In this document: piece after piece, positions 1-13,343 of the stretch
How the letters are laid out: each line of letters opens with the position of its first letter
Position numbering within the stretch: position 1 is the first letter of the stretch
Assembly: GCA_051294375.1 (NCBI GenBank)
Contig: CM119269.1
Location: 1,628,537 to 1,692,536, forward strand
Reading direction: 5' to 3'
DNA: 64,000 nucleotides
Source: Paraspadella gotoi
Taxonomy: Eukaryota; Animalia; Chaetognatha
Program-made: the position numbers and the translations under genes
Notes under the pieces: generated by a model
What the model was told of the DNA's origin: nothing
The model's database searches: none
Seen by the model: only the letters and a program-made list of their open reading frames with translations

Positions 1-1224
1 AAACCTCGCGTAAACATTGAGAGAAGAAAAGGGAAAAAATAGAATGTGGACTGTGGAGTGTGGACTGTGGAGTGTGAAGGACGTGAGAAGCCTTTTGCGA
101 GATTTTGCGAAGGCAAAGAGAGAAGACGTTTCACGCTAACCGGATACGAATGGTAACAGCGACCGTTGACCCCGAGGTCAAAGAAAAGGTTCGGGAATCG
201 AACTAATGAGGTCGGGAACGTCGAGGGTCGCTGACCTTCCAAGTTGCAGAAAAGGAAAGAAAAAGAGAAGCGTGAAAAGTTATTTCATTTCTCTTATCTC
301 GCTTAAAAAATATAATTATGATGAATCTTCGACTATAAAGAACATTTTTTACTCTACACTTCTTAATTACTTTCTCTAATCTCTCTTCCACTTCTCCTTT
401 TTTTCCCTTTTCCTTATTTCCCCTTTCTCCTTTTTTTCCCCTTTCCTTTCGCCCCTTTCCCCTTTTTAACTCGGTCGTTTCTCCCTTCCCCTCCAGGAAT
501 TAAGTCCGTTCAAATCCATTACTTCGTGAAGAAAAACGTGAGACCGAAAGGATTTCTGCTTCACTACCGACGAATCACGAGGGAGATGATGGTGTCGCAC
601 GAAGGGGTGGAAGGAGGAGGGGGTGGTGGGGGTGGCGAAGAAGATAAAGAAAGCGGAATGGAGACGCGAAGGCCAGGCGAGTCGTTGTTGTTGTTGTCTT
701 TTCAGTTAAAGGTCGTAATTGTTTATGTTTACAAGTGAGTAAACAAACAAATCCTTACAACGTTTCGCGTGACGTCATGAGCGCGTTGAATTATAAATCG
801 AAAATGGCTGAAAGACGAAGTCATCAAGGCTCATGGCAGATGCAAGGGTTGTTGCGCAACGTAGGGGATTCGTGTTTTNNNNNNNNNNNNNNNNNNNNNN
901 NNNNNNNNNNNNNNNNNNNNNNNNNNNNNNNNNNNNNNNNNNNNNNNNNNNNNNNNNNNNNNNNNNNNNNNNNNNNNNNNNNNNNNNNNNNNNNNNNNNN
1001 NNNNNNTTTAGTTTGAATCTATTTTTATTTTATGCGACATATCTTTTTTAAAAAATTTTAACTTCTTTTCGATTCGTTTTGGTTTAGTTTTGTTTCTTGA
1101 AAAAAAAAGTGATATATGTTACAATTCAAATTTTCCTATAACCACGAAAAAAAAACATTCAAAAGTTTTGATGGCCTAAAAACATTCAAATCCTGAACGA
1201 TTTCAAATCGCTTTCTCGATTCAG

Positions 1225-2994
1225 CCGATCACCGTAGCGCCCTCAGCGGCAGCAGCGGCGGCAGCGGCGGCAGCGGCGGCGGACTAAGAGGCGACGTCTT
1301 GATCGGCGTCGTTCTCGGCGGCGGCGCCCTTATTTTGGCGGCGGCGCTGGCGATCGTCGCCATCTGCTACAAACAGAGGAACAACTTGGAAAAGCGAAAT
1401 CTGATGTCCGCCCCTTCGATGGGTAAGTTCGCGGGTGAGGAAGCGGGGTAAGTCGTTAGAAGAATTCCGATTTGACTTTAACACCCTCCGCTCATCCACA
1501 CCCCCGTCCAACACCCCGACCTTTGCCACCCCCAGCTTCCTCTTACGGACTTCGGGCTGAATCCATCGGCTACAACTCATCTACCGCGACGACGACGACG
1601 ACGATGACGACGACGAATTCCGCGTCTCTGCCTCCGTGGACGATGGCGCTGCCCGCCATCAACAACCCTGTATTTGCCGAGGATCAGGGATTCTACAGGG
1701 TGAGTTAAATTAGAATACCATAAATATGTTTCGTTCCATTCTTCACGGGACAATCTCAATTCGAAATCCGTTTCACAGCCAAAAAAAAAACTTATTTATA
1801 AGATTGAATTTATCGAATTAATTAATCTCTTAATCTCCCAATATTTAGAGGAATCGACGAACATCGAAGCAGGGAGAACTTAACACAGACGCCGGTTACA
1901 GCCGGGGTGATCCTGAAGTCACTAGTTACATCCGCGGGAACCCAGATTCGGCGAGTTACATTCAGGGAAACCCCGAAGACGCTGGTTACGGTAGAACTGA
2001 AATGAACGCGAGTAACGTTTGTCCTCAGGGAATGGAAGAGGATATTGTATCTCATAAAAGGTAAGGCTTAGTTTGGCCTTCGAAGTTAAAGCCAAAAAAT
2101 ATAAGAGGAACTGAGATATTAACTCAAACAATTTTTGTGGTCAGTCAAAGAGATTTAGCCAATCGGGCGACTCTTCTCACCAAAGAAGAATTTTCCCGGA
2201 TGAACTTGGGACCTTTGGCGCCAACATCCTCTTTGAGTCGCCCCGGGGAAACAGCGCGCCACGGAAGCGCCACCCCACGTCTAGACAACGCCACGCCGCA
2301 AAACGGTGACTTAGTTTCACGATACGGCGAAGTCAATCGCAGCTACTGCGACGTCCTGTTAGCGAGCTACGACGATGCGGCACCGGTTTACGGCGACGTC
2401 ACGCCACGCTACGGCACCCCACGTTACGTCGAGGCTGGTCCGCCGCGTGATGGCGTCACGTCTGCTCGGGATTTTGGTCGATCCTCGGCGCCTCTGACTC
2501 CTTTCACGGGTGAGAGTGAATTCATTTCTGTGAACATTTTGTGAACATTCTGTGAACATTTTGGTCGATCCTCGGCGCCTCCGACGCATTTGACGGGTGA
2601 GAGTGAATTGATTTCTGTGAACATTTTATTCTTCAACATCGACAGTCATTTCGAGTCTGGCGAACTTTTCGTGTTTCACGCTTCGTAAACTTTACGACGC
2701 TAATAATGCTGTGGGTGAGACTAAAAATAGCGACATTCACGCCTGAGCGATTACGAATTTGGGACGAATTAAATCATTTTTTCCCCTCTTTTGATAACTG
2801 TTAATAACAGTGTTATAAATTAATTTTATTTTTTTTATTATATCTACGTCATTTACTCATTAAAATCTCATTCGTATTCTTTAGGAGTCAACGGCGAATG
2901 TTACGAAATAACCGCATCCGCTGACGACGACGACGCTCGGGACCGTGGACGACAAACGACGACGAAAAAAGCGACGAAATCGGAAGTGGGATAC

Positions 2995-3028
<34 letters not shown>

Positions 3029-3273
3029 CGACGACGATGGAGAGAAAAGCGAAAAGGAACGAGAGACGAAAGATGCAAAGACTCGAAGATTATTACAACT
3101 CTATCGATATCGGAGATGGAGGAAGAGGAAGGGAGAAGGGGAGAGGAAGAGGAGGAGGAGGAGGGAGCAGGGGAGAGGGTAGGCAGGTAGATGGCTTAAG
3201 GCCGACGGAAATGGATTATCAAGGAAGCGTCCCTGGGTCGGCGGATTTGGGCGACGTCGTCGTCAGAATGTGA
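1225..3273 (+). CDS. 3' exons of a single-pass (type I) membrane protein: TM helix plus Tyr-rich low-complexity cytoplasmic tail; 5' part not in view
   Basis: Phase-consistent GT-AG exons 1225-1422 (..GLRGDVLIGVVLGGGALILAAALAIVAICYKQR..), 1536-1699 (..INNPVFAEDQGFYR), 1849-2060, 2145-2509 and 2885 onward. The last exon stops at 3190 as assembled, or at 3273 (..DYYNSID..DVVVRM*) if there is an indel near 2960-2990. Confidence 0.65.
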
Positions 3274-3324
3274 CCATCGATTGTACAGTTTTTTTTTAAA
3301 CTGATTTGTTTTTATTGAATATCT

Positions 3325-3691
3325 TTAACAAATTATTATTAAACTATGGAAAATGAAACGATATCTGTTTGTAAAGACGCAGAGACTTTTCGTTAGTTTA
3401 ACTAAAATTCGGTGAAATCCCGAAATATCGAGATGAGAGAGCTCGACCCGTCCTCACCTCTTCCCCAGATGGTTTGGCATTGGTCATTGTGAGTCGCGCA
3501 GGCACCATTGAAACAAATTCCCTCTCCGCGACGGCAGGGTGATCCGTTTTGCAGATAGTCGTTTCTGACGAGATGGGAAACAAAGATTTCATGGTATTTG
3601 TCTGATTTGAATAAGGGGCATGTCGTTCATTTCCTTTTTTTCTAAATATTTCTTTCTTTCTTTTTTCTTTCATTTTTTTCTTTCTATTTTT

Positions 3692-3759
<68 letters not shown>

Positions 3760-5429
3760 TTTTTTCTCCCTTTTTTTTTCTATTTCTATTTTTTCTTTTT
3801 ATTTTACTTTCTTTCTTTCTTTCTTTCTTTCTTTTTTTCTTTCTTTCTTTCTTTCTTTCTTTTCTTTCCTTCTTTCACTCACTCCGGACACTCCCCAACG
3901 ATCCCGTCGCAAAACTCAGGCGTGTCGCACTCGGTCTTCGGCGTGCGGCAGGCGAAGGACGCCGGACGCAGCAGGCAGTCGTGACAGCAGGGTCCGACGG
4001 AGCACTGGGCGCCGGCCTTGAGGCGACAGGTCAGCGGGTCGCAGCATTTATCTCTGGAGGAGCAACTGGAGGCGGAGCCGCAGTCGCATTCTTCGACACC
4101 CTCGACGACTCCGTTGCCGCAGACGTGGAGGGGGAGCTAGGAAGGGGGGGGGAGAGGAGGAGGAGAAGGAGGAAGAGGAGGAGGAATAGGAGGAGGAAGA
4201 GGAGGAGGGAAAAGACAGAATGAATGAGAGAACAAAGTCACTCGATTGATATTGAACCCTCGATCCAGCGTCTTTGTTTAAAAAGCCTTCTAATTCCTTT
4301 AAAAAGCCTTCTAATTCCTTTAAAAATCCTTCTAATTCCTTTAAAAAGCCTTCTAATTCCTTTAAAAAGCCTTCTAATTCCTTTAAAAAGCCTTCTAATT
4401 CCTTTAAAAAGCCTTCTAATTCCTTACCGAGGTCGATACGTCGCGCAGACAAACGGCTTTTCCTCTCTGCAGCAACTTGCGCATCGCGACTCTGCTGCAG
4501 TTGGAGAAAACTTGGAAAGGCAGCGGAGACGCGGCGGCGGCCGCGGCTGGGGCGGCGACGGGAGAGAAAAGATCGGGGCTCATCAAGCAAGAAGAAGGCG
4601 AGGAAGAAGCGGAGAAGGGGGAAAGGGTGGAGGAAGAGAGGGAGGAGCAAGAGCAGTCGGCTTCGTCGTGACGCAATCCTGAGGAGAGAGAAAAAAAAAA
4701 TAACGAAAGCCGATCGGGAAGAAATAAAATAAATTGTGAAGCGAAGCGGAAACTTTTATTTGGCTTTTAATGTCGGAAATCGAGTTAAGAGGAAAATTTG
4801 GAGACGAATTATTCGCCAGACAGTTTGTTATTTCGTTTGTTACTATTTGTATTTAGATATTTAAATACTGTGCGCATCATTTTTCACCCTTTATTTTAAG
4901 AGAAACAGCGTCTCAATCATTCAAGAATAATTTGATATTATGGCAACAGCCGGGTTGCCTGTGATGCCCATTGGGATGGGACATCTCACTGTTGACTTTG
5001 GGGGCTTCCGACCCTCAGTGATGCCTCCAGTCACTGGCGCGGTTACCCTAGGACGGTCTCGCTTTGCCAACATAGAGGGAAGTCGTTAGGACTGTGGAAA
5101 GAACACTACGCCTGGGATGGTGTGTTCCAATGGTATTGGCTGAACGATTGTGGACGTGAGATGGTGTGAATACACCACCACAATATTAAATATTTTTTCC
5201 TTTTTGAGATTAGAGTCGCGATAGTTCGTTAGTTTTAGTATCGTTAGTTTTAGTATCGTTCATATATAAAGTTTCGTTAACTCACCGAGATTGTGACTGA
5301 AGGCGTGGGCCGATTCGCGCGGCGACGTCGACGAGATTGACGGCGACGGCGTCGACGACGACGACGGAGGCGCATCTCGACGAGCAGATTGAATCTGGAG
5401 AGAAAAATTGGTGAATATATGTATGGAGA

Positions 5430-5501
<72 letters not shown>

Positions 5502-5612
5502 AAGAGAGAGAGAGAGAGAGAGAGAGTGAGAGAGAGAAGAGAAAAGAGGAGAGAGAAAGAGAGAGAAAAAGAGAGTGAGAAGAGAGAGAGAGAGGAAGAG
5601 AGGGGAGAGAGG

Positions 5613-5665
<53 letters not shown>

Positions 5666-5698
5666 AGAGAAAGAGGAGAGAGAGAGAGAGAGAGAGGA

Positions 5699-5730
<32 letters not shown>

Positions 5731-5734
5731 AGAG

Positions 5735-5773
<39 letters not shown>

Positions 5774-8700
5774 AAGAAAGAAAGAAAAGAAAGAAAGAAA
5801 GAAAGAAAGAAAAAGAAAGAAAGAAAGAAAGAAAGAAAAGGAAAGAAAGAAAGAAAAAGAAAGAAAGAGAGAAAGAAAGTAAAAGTAAGTAAGTAAGTAA
5901 GTAAAGGTAAACAAGCAAGGTAGCAAAATTTCCTGACTCACCCGGAACCGCCACCGTCGTCCGTCCCTCGCGAAAAAGAGATGAGGTGAGCAAAATGGCG
6001 GCGTCGTGGTAAGGCAGACCCGCGGATTGCTGAGAGCGGAGAGGGTAAGGTAACTCCTTTCTAACCTCATGAAATGTATTGGGCGAACTTACCCGTTTGA
6101 GGGTGAGAAAGTTTTGGAGAGTCTCCCGGATCGTGGGAGCGATGACTCCCTTTTCTTCCTTCCATATCTAAATGAAGAAAAATAAAATATGAAACAATTT
6201 TTCCCAAACTTGCAATGTCGCTTGTAAATGTTTTCGCTTAGATAAAAGCAAATTGAAAAAGTTCAATCTTACTGGGGACACAGATGGCATTTTCCCGAAA
6301 AACTTAATTGAAAAATATTCATTAAGCCATTAACAAAATTTATATTTGCTTCTTTTTTTTTATATTTACATTATACATTTTATTGATTATTCATTTTGAT
6401 CTTGTAAGCAAGATAATGTAAAGATTGAATATAGATTTATTAAAAAGATAATAATGTTTTAATAATATAATATAAAGAAAACTAATTTTGGTCATGATAA
6501 ATGATAGTAATTTAAAAATTGTTCATCAATTATTATCAATCATAAATCAAAATAGGGATAATCAAAATTAATCAATTGATGATGGTTATTAATCAATATC
6601 ATTTAATTATGGAGACCTTGTTAGGATAATTATTGTCATAATTGATTATAAATAATAATAAATATTAATTTGATAATAATAAAAATTTAAGAATAATTAT
6701 TCAAAAAAATGATAACATTCATTCATTGAGGCAATAAATAATAATTTTTGCCTACACATAATTTAAAATTATAAAAATGTTTAACAAATAATACAAAAAT
6801 AAAACGAAAAATATAAATAAAAGCATATTATGAGTTAAAAACTGTATTTTTTAAAAATATTATATCTCATTAAAAAATAAGCGATGATAAGATGATGATT
6901 ATGATAATAAGATAGTTGGATAAAATTTGTTAAAATTGTAAAAAAGTGACAATGATGACGACGACGACGTCATAATTAAATATTAAGTCAAAGAATCGAT
7001 ATCATGCCAAGTCAAACGCTTGCGAGATGAAAAAAAAAAATTTATTTTCTCTTCTGTCATTTGCGCTTCTCGTCGATGTTTCTTTTTGCGCAGCATTTTC
7101 AATTCCTGAATCAGTACAGTAAAGGTTTTTTTAATTTTGATATTGATCGAAATAACCCGTAAGTGAATCTCTACTCAATTCCTATTTTGCCAATTCTTGT
7201 GTGTAATCGTTAAGGTTACCCAATACCCAATACACTGCATTCGCCCTCAATATACATTGGACATTTTCTCGAAAAATCAGGTCGGTTGAATTATGTACGT
7301 GTTTTCATATCAATTAATACAATAATATATAATTATTTTTTTTAAATTAGATTATACATTGTCATTATATATATGTTACAATCAATTTACGGTTTTTGTT
7401 GTGAAATTTTCATGTATACCTTTAAGTAATTTTAATATTGATCTTGTAAACTTAAACGGTCAGGATTAACATAATAATAATAATTCGCATAATAATAATT
7501 TTGTTAATCTCTATTAAATTTATCATAAGATAATGTTGACGTCGGCGCTTTCGTTGGCGCTCTCTCTGACGCTGGACGTCCTCGACATGACGACCGATAT
7601 ACGGACGTCACTGTTGTACATATCAGAGTCGCTCGATTTGACGCGAAAGATCGGCGCGGCACTCCTTCTCGTCGCCAGCCTCCACGGCGCAGTCTCTGCC
7701 GTCTTCGGCGCCGTGGTGTTGAAGCGTCGCGGGAATTTCTTTCGGCGACTGGCGGCGACGCCCGCCCGTAAAGCGTTAACGGTGGCGGCGCTGGCGGTCG
7801 GGCTGGGCGCGGCGCCGTTCGGAATTGATCGGGTATTGGATGAGCGGGCCGGGGCGTCGAACGCGGAACTCGCCGTCAAGGACGACGTGATTCTCGCCGT
7901 TTCTATCTTGCACGTCATCGTGGAATCTTTTCCCCAATTTCTGCTCCAGGAATGTTCTTCTAGTAGAAGTTTTGACGCTTAGACTTTGTAGATGTTACCC
8001 GTCACTTTTCGGTCCGTCGGTCGATCGGGTAGTTCATAGGCTGGTTCGTTTTTATTTAAATGCTCATATGTTACAACATCAATTGAGTTCGAAGTATTTG
8101 GTTGGAATATAAAATACCATAAGACCTTTAATGTGCATACGTACCATATTTGAGGGTCATTAATAACTAATATTTACAAAATGATTAAAAACTAATTTAA
8201 AAAAAACTATTTTGTAAAAATTTTGTTTTTACATATCAATTATCAGAAAAACATTTCTGAAGTCATTCGTAATGTTACTGGAATGGACAAGCGGAACTAA
8301 AAAACAATGTTACACCAATTGCCTTCTTGCTCTCGAAGGTATAAATTTCCACACAAAAACGGTGTATGATCCTACCTCTCCAAAAAATTTTACTTTGTAC
8401 TTTCGGAAGTCTATGATACCACTGAGAAGTACTTGCACGTATGCGGGTAATTTGTCGACCTATCACTACAACGGAACAGTTGAACCAGAACCAAGCGATT
8501 GTTTTTGCTCGCCTATTCCAAATCAAGGCGCGTATAACAGTTATTATTGCTATTGGGATATTGATAACTATTGGACGATATTCTCCGTGATGTTGTCGAC
8601 TTTGAGCTTCGCTAAATGCGCCGCCGTTTACAGAAACAGATCCTCGGCTGACGACGGACTCGCGGAGTCAGAACTCTGCAAGATTTTCGGGATCCTTCAA

Positions 8701-11700
8701 GGGACGATAGGATTATTCGTTTGTCTCTACCTATTCTTCGCTAAATCCTTCAACAATTCTTTCTACTTGATCTTTTTATCTCCGCTGATCTTGCTGAGGG
8801 TGTTCACATTGAGCGATCTCAGAGTTCTCTTCGCCCACATTCGAACTCTTGATCACGTGGCTCGGCAACATTTGTCCGTGGTGCAGGTGAGTCGTTGAGA
8901 ATAATTGAAAAAAAAAATCAATCAATCAATCCCACTTACAAGATAACAACGTGGCTGGACTTATCTGGCCTCCCTATCAATTAAGTGGTATAATGTTTTC
9001 ATGAACTGTTTCCATCGTATAAAAGGTCCAATGAAAAAGTAATTTTTTTAATCGTGCCTTCTTGATTTGCTCCCTTATAGCTGCTCCTATCGTCAACGCT
9101 TAGCACCATCTTGCTCTCATTCTTTCACCACGTGGAGAAGCACATCACCCTCAGCGGACACTGGTTCTTACAACGCTGGAATTCTAATATGGCGCTCAAA
9201 TGGGGCCTGGCCAACATCCGGGACGATCTGGTTCCCAAGCTTCTCGTGTTCCATCAAGTGTGGAACTTCTCTTCGATGACGGACGAGTTGAGCTGCTTTC
9301 ACACCAGCGGGTTCGTGGATCGAGCCCGCTGGGAAAAGGTCACCTTGTGGCCCGGATTGAAATCGAAGAGGGACGATTTTTGTGAGAACCCGATGGCCGC
9401 CGATTTGAGACTCGGGGCGTGGCGAGCCGCGGAGCCGAAGACGGTTTTGAAATTGGGAAATTATCAGTTGGTGAAACCGCGATACGACCTCGTGTTGTTT
9501 TGGGTTTTAGTAGATTTGATTCTGGGATTGTTGTACGACGGGATGATTCTTTATCGCACCAAACGACTCGTCAGCGAGATTGGAATCGTTTTGACTTACG
9601 TCTTTCCTTTACCCATTGTTTGCGTCAATTTGTTTCTCAGCTTTAAACATAGAGATATTACGGATGGATTGAAAGCTTTCTTGGGTGCTGAGAGGTTTAA
9701 TTCGCTTTTTTTAAGGCCTCAAATCGTATTAGATAATCGAAGAAAGCCGATTGAGGAAAAGTTGTTAAGTTTGGATGAAATGAAAAATCTGAATTTACTT
9801 AGAGAAAAATTAATTATTTCAAAGGGAGAGGTATATTCTTACAGCCAGTCGATCGGACTAATTTTGGTTATCTATGTAATTATATTAGTTTCTGACGCGC
9901 AGTGCAGAGCCATTCGGCAAAGCTTCAGCGTCAAGGCCAGCAAACGTTGCCGCGTGAAATTAGGCCTTTTGACGGGAGTTTCCATTAGCTTTCCTTCAAT
10001 TTTATTCGCTTTAGCGATGAAACAGAGGAATGATAACCTATTTTATCGGACGTGGCAGTCGTATTGTAAATCAACCGATTGGTGGGTTTCGCTGCACCAC
10101 GAGATGTTTACCTTGGTTATTCTAAAAGAGAGCATCGTTATTTTGTTGTGCATCTCTATTTTGCCAGTTTTATCCGCGATCTGTCGTTGTATTACGGTAA
10201 TAGCTCGTCATTACAACCGGTCGAGGAAGATTCAAATATTTTTGACTTTATTAGTTTTTGCTCTGTACTTCTTCGGCGTTTCATTCGTAAAAAAAACGTT
10301 TTTATGCGTATCTGGTATATTAAATTCTCGGAATCGAACCTTCACCAAATATCTTAATCATAGACATTACGACTCTCGAATAAAGGAATTTGAATATTCT
10401 CTTCTGCAAGGATTCGAGTCTCATTCCTCAGTTTTTCACGGAATCGTCGCACTGAGTTCGATCTTAAAGCCAATTACTCGGCTTCAAGTTTGTAACTCGA
10501 CTTTGGTTAATGAATTTTGGCAATTTGTGACGGAGGAAAACTGTCGTAATTTTAGATCATTAAATGTTTATTCAGTCGCTATACCAGTAATTTTACTAGT
10601 CTTGAATGGTAGGGATTGAAGAAAAATAATCCTAAGCCTTTCACTGAACAAATTTTTTTCTATGAACTTTCTGTAAATTTTTTGCGCTGAATTTTAGAGA
10701 GAACAAAGATTACAAACAACGATTTTGTATTGACATAAGTAGGACATGTTTCGGCTTTAGTGCAAGCCTTCATCAGCACTTTTGTAACAAAATAAAAACT
10801 TTGTTCTCTCTAAACTTCCAAACGCAATGAAAAGAAAGGATAAAACCATGCGCTGAATTTCTAAATTTGCACTCAGTTTGATATTTACGGTATTATTGAC
10901 AATTGTATGAAATTTTATTTAAATTTTTCACTTTTTCTCTTCTTTATTTAACAAATTTTTCATCGCTTCTGTCACGTGAATTGTTCTTATGACTTTTGCC
11001 TATTATATCTTTAGTAAGAGGAAAACAACGCACCGATTTACTTTTGTACTTTGTCACCGAATTAATTTCAATTTTTTTTTTTTAATAAAACCCTTAAACT
11101 CCTTTCATTTCTCGCATCATATCATATCACACCGTATCATACATACATATCATATCTTAGAAAAGGATAAAACAATCCAGACCTCGAAATGAACGAGTCG
11201 GAGTCGGAGGCGAAGCTTCTTCGTCCAGAGGTCGACGAGGTTGAAGACGTCGAAGAGGCGCGTCTCGTCGAGAGGCGGAAGGGAGGAGGGGGAGGAGGAG
11301 GAGGAGGAAGAAGAAGAGGAGGAAAACTGGTGGAGAGAATACAATTTGTCATTTGAAGAGGAAATGAAGCGAAGAAAAGGGAAAGAAAGGGGGAAAAAAA
11401 AGGAAAGAAAGGAAAGAAAGCAGCTAAAATCACGAGATCAAACTACGAAAAAAATGATTTCCTTTGTTTAAAATTTTAAATTTCGCCGAACTGATTGCTA
11501 TTATAAAGACGGACAACAACAACAACGCGAGAAAAAAAAAAGGAAAAAAGGAAAAGGTAAAGAAGAAAAATGTTCTCACCAACGACTCGTGACAAAAGAC
11601 GGCGACTCGAAGTCGATTCTCTTTTTCCTCCGCGTCTCTTCTTCTTCTATTCTTTTCTCGGAAATTGTGTTTTTCTTTTTCCTCCCTTTCCTCCTTTTCT

Positions 11701-12574
11701 CCATGGTTCTCTGGATCTTCCTCCCTTTCCTTCCTCCAATTTCCTCCAGTTTTGATTCGAGAATCAAACTCAATCAGTCGTCGTCGTTTTCGCCGTCGTT
11801 CCAGTCGTCGTCGTCGTCGTCGCTGGAGCGGGTTCTTCGTCGTGATTGGTCGAAAGGACGGATTATGATCGACCAATGATCGTCGCTGTCGAAGGAAATC
11901 GATTTGAAATAAGTTTAATTGGAAATAAAAAAAAAATCAGAACAATTTCGTCGTCATCCGTTTATTTGCGGTATATTCGTTAAAAAGTCGAAAAAATAAA
12001 TAATAAATAAGAAAAATTAATTAATTAAATAATTAATTCAAAAACTCACCCGAATCAAGGACGAACTGAATTCCCTAGATTCTTTAGACGGAGCGTTTCC
12101 TAATGATAAAGAAAGAGTCATTTATATATATATTATATATATATCGCAAGGAATGTTAAACTCCACCGTAAAATATAACCACAAGCGGAAACTTAAATTT
12201 TAAAAAAATCTGGGAGTAGAAGAACTAGAGAAATAAAAGACTAAACTGTGGCAAGAACTCAGTCCCGTTTACTTGCCACAAAATCTCGCATCCTTTAGGT
12301 AAATCCTAACAATAGTATTGGAGGTGAAAGAAGAAGACCGATGCTGAGAATAACTGGTGAAAAAGAAAGTAGAAGAGAGGTCAGCCTTGTGTGGGTAAAG
12401 GGAAGTTTAATAAAACGGAACGTAAAAATATAGAAATGAGGCAAGGGGTAGAAAGCGATACTATGGGTTCTCGGGTAAAAAAAAATGTTCTTTTGTTATC
12501 ATTCTTAAGGCTGCTGGTGCTTGGTGTGAATAGAAGGGAATTCTCGGCTTATTTTGTCGCCGTTTTCGTCGTTT

Positions 12575-12605
<31 letters not shown>

Positions 12606-13312
12606 TACTGCCTGCGTTTTACGCCCACGCAAAAATCAGCCGTGTGGAGAAAAAGGAAAAAAGGATGAGGAGGAAGAAGAGGAAGAGGAGGAAGAGGAGG
12701 AAGTCAGTGGAGAAAATCGCAGAAGAAACCCGGGAGAGAGAGGGAGAGAGAGAGAGATAGAGAGAGAGAAAATGTTTTCTAGATGAATTTGAATTTTAAA
12801 TTCCAAGTTTTTTTTTGTTTTTTTTTATTTCGTTTCGCGACGCAAATTTTAAATTTCGTTCTCGCGATTTAGTCGTTCGGCTCATCCTTTGATCTTAAAT
12901 GCAGTAGCAGTAGCAACGTATTGGATGTATTTCAAAGCCGTTTGTATTTTAGTAATTCATTCAAAATTTTAGTTTTTAATTATAGTGAAATTGGTTCAAC
13001 CAATATAAAAATTATCCCTTCATTTAATAAATAAGCTATCTTGTCCCTGACTTTTTACAAGCTTTGGTGGACATAGCATGTCCCTGCAAAATTTTTCATA
13101 CGAGTCGAAGTAAAATTCAAAACCACCGTTAAACTTAAACTTAAACTTAAACTTAAACTTAAAGGTAAAAAAAAATCATTCATTTTCAGTCTTAGAAAGA
13201 AGAGATTTTTGTTGTATTCAATGTTGAATGAAAATAGATTCTCGTAAAAAAGTCAAGTCTTATTCATACTTCTATTTTTAGCAACTGTATCTCCCTCTTC
13301 CCATATGGATTC

Positions 13313-13343
<31 letters not shown>

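Noticed and set aside
4048-4732. Coiled-coil-like (KELEGFL)n ORF
   Set aside because: Reading of the 21-bp intronic minisatellite; the real exons flank it in other frames.
5277-6070. Long ORFs rich in ER/SL/LSF, here and at 28.9-29.2, 32.3-33.1, 43.6-44.5 and 58-61 kb
   Set aside because: Translations of stop-free (GA)n/(CT)n/(GAAA)n microsatellites.
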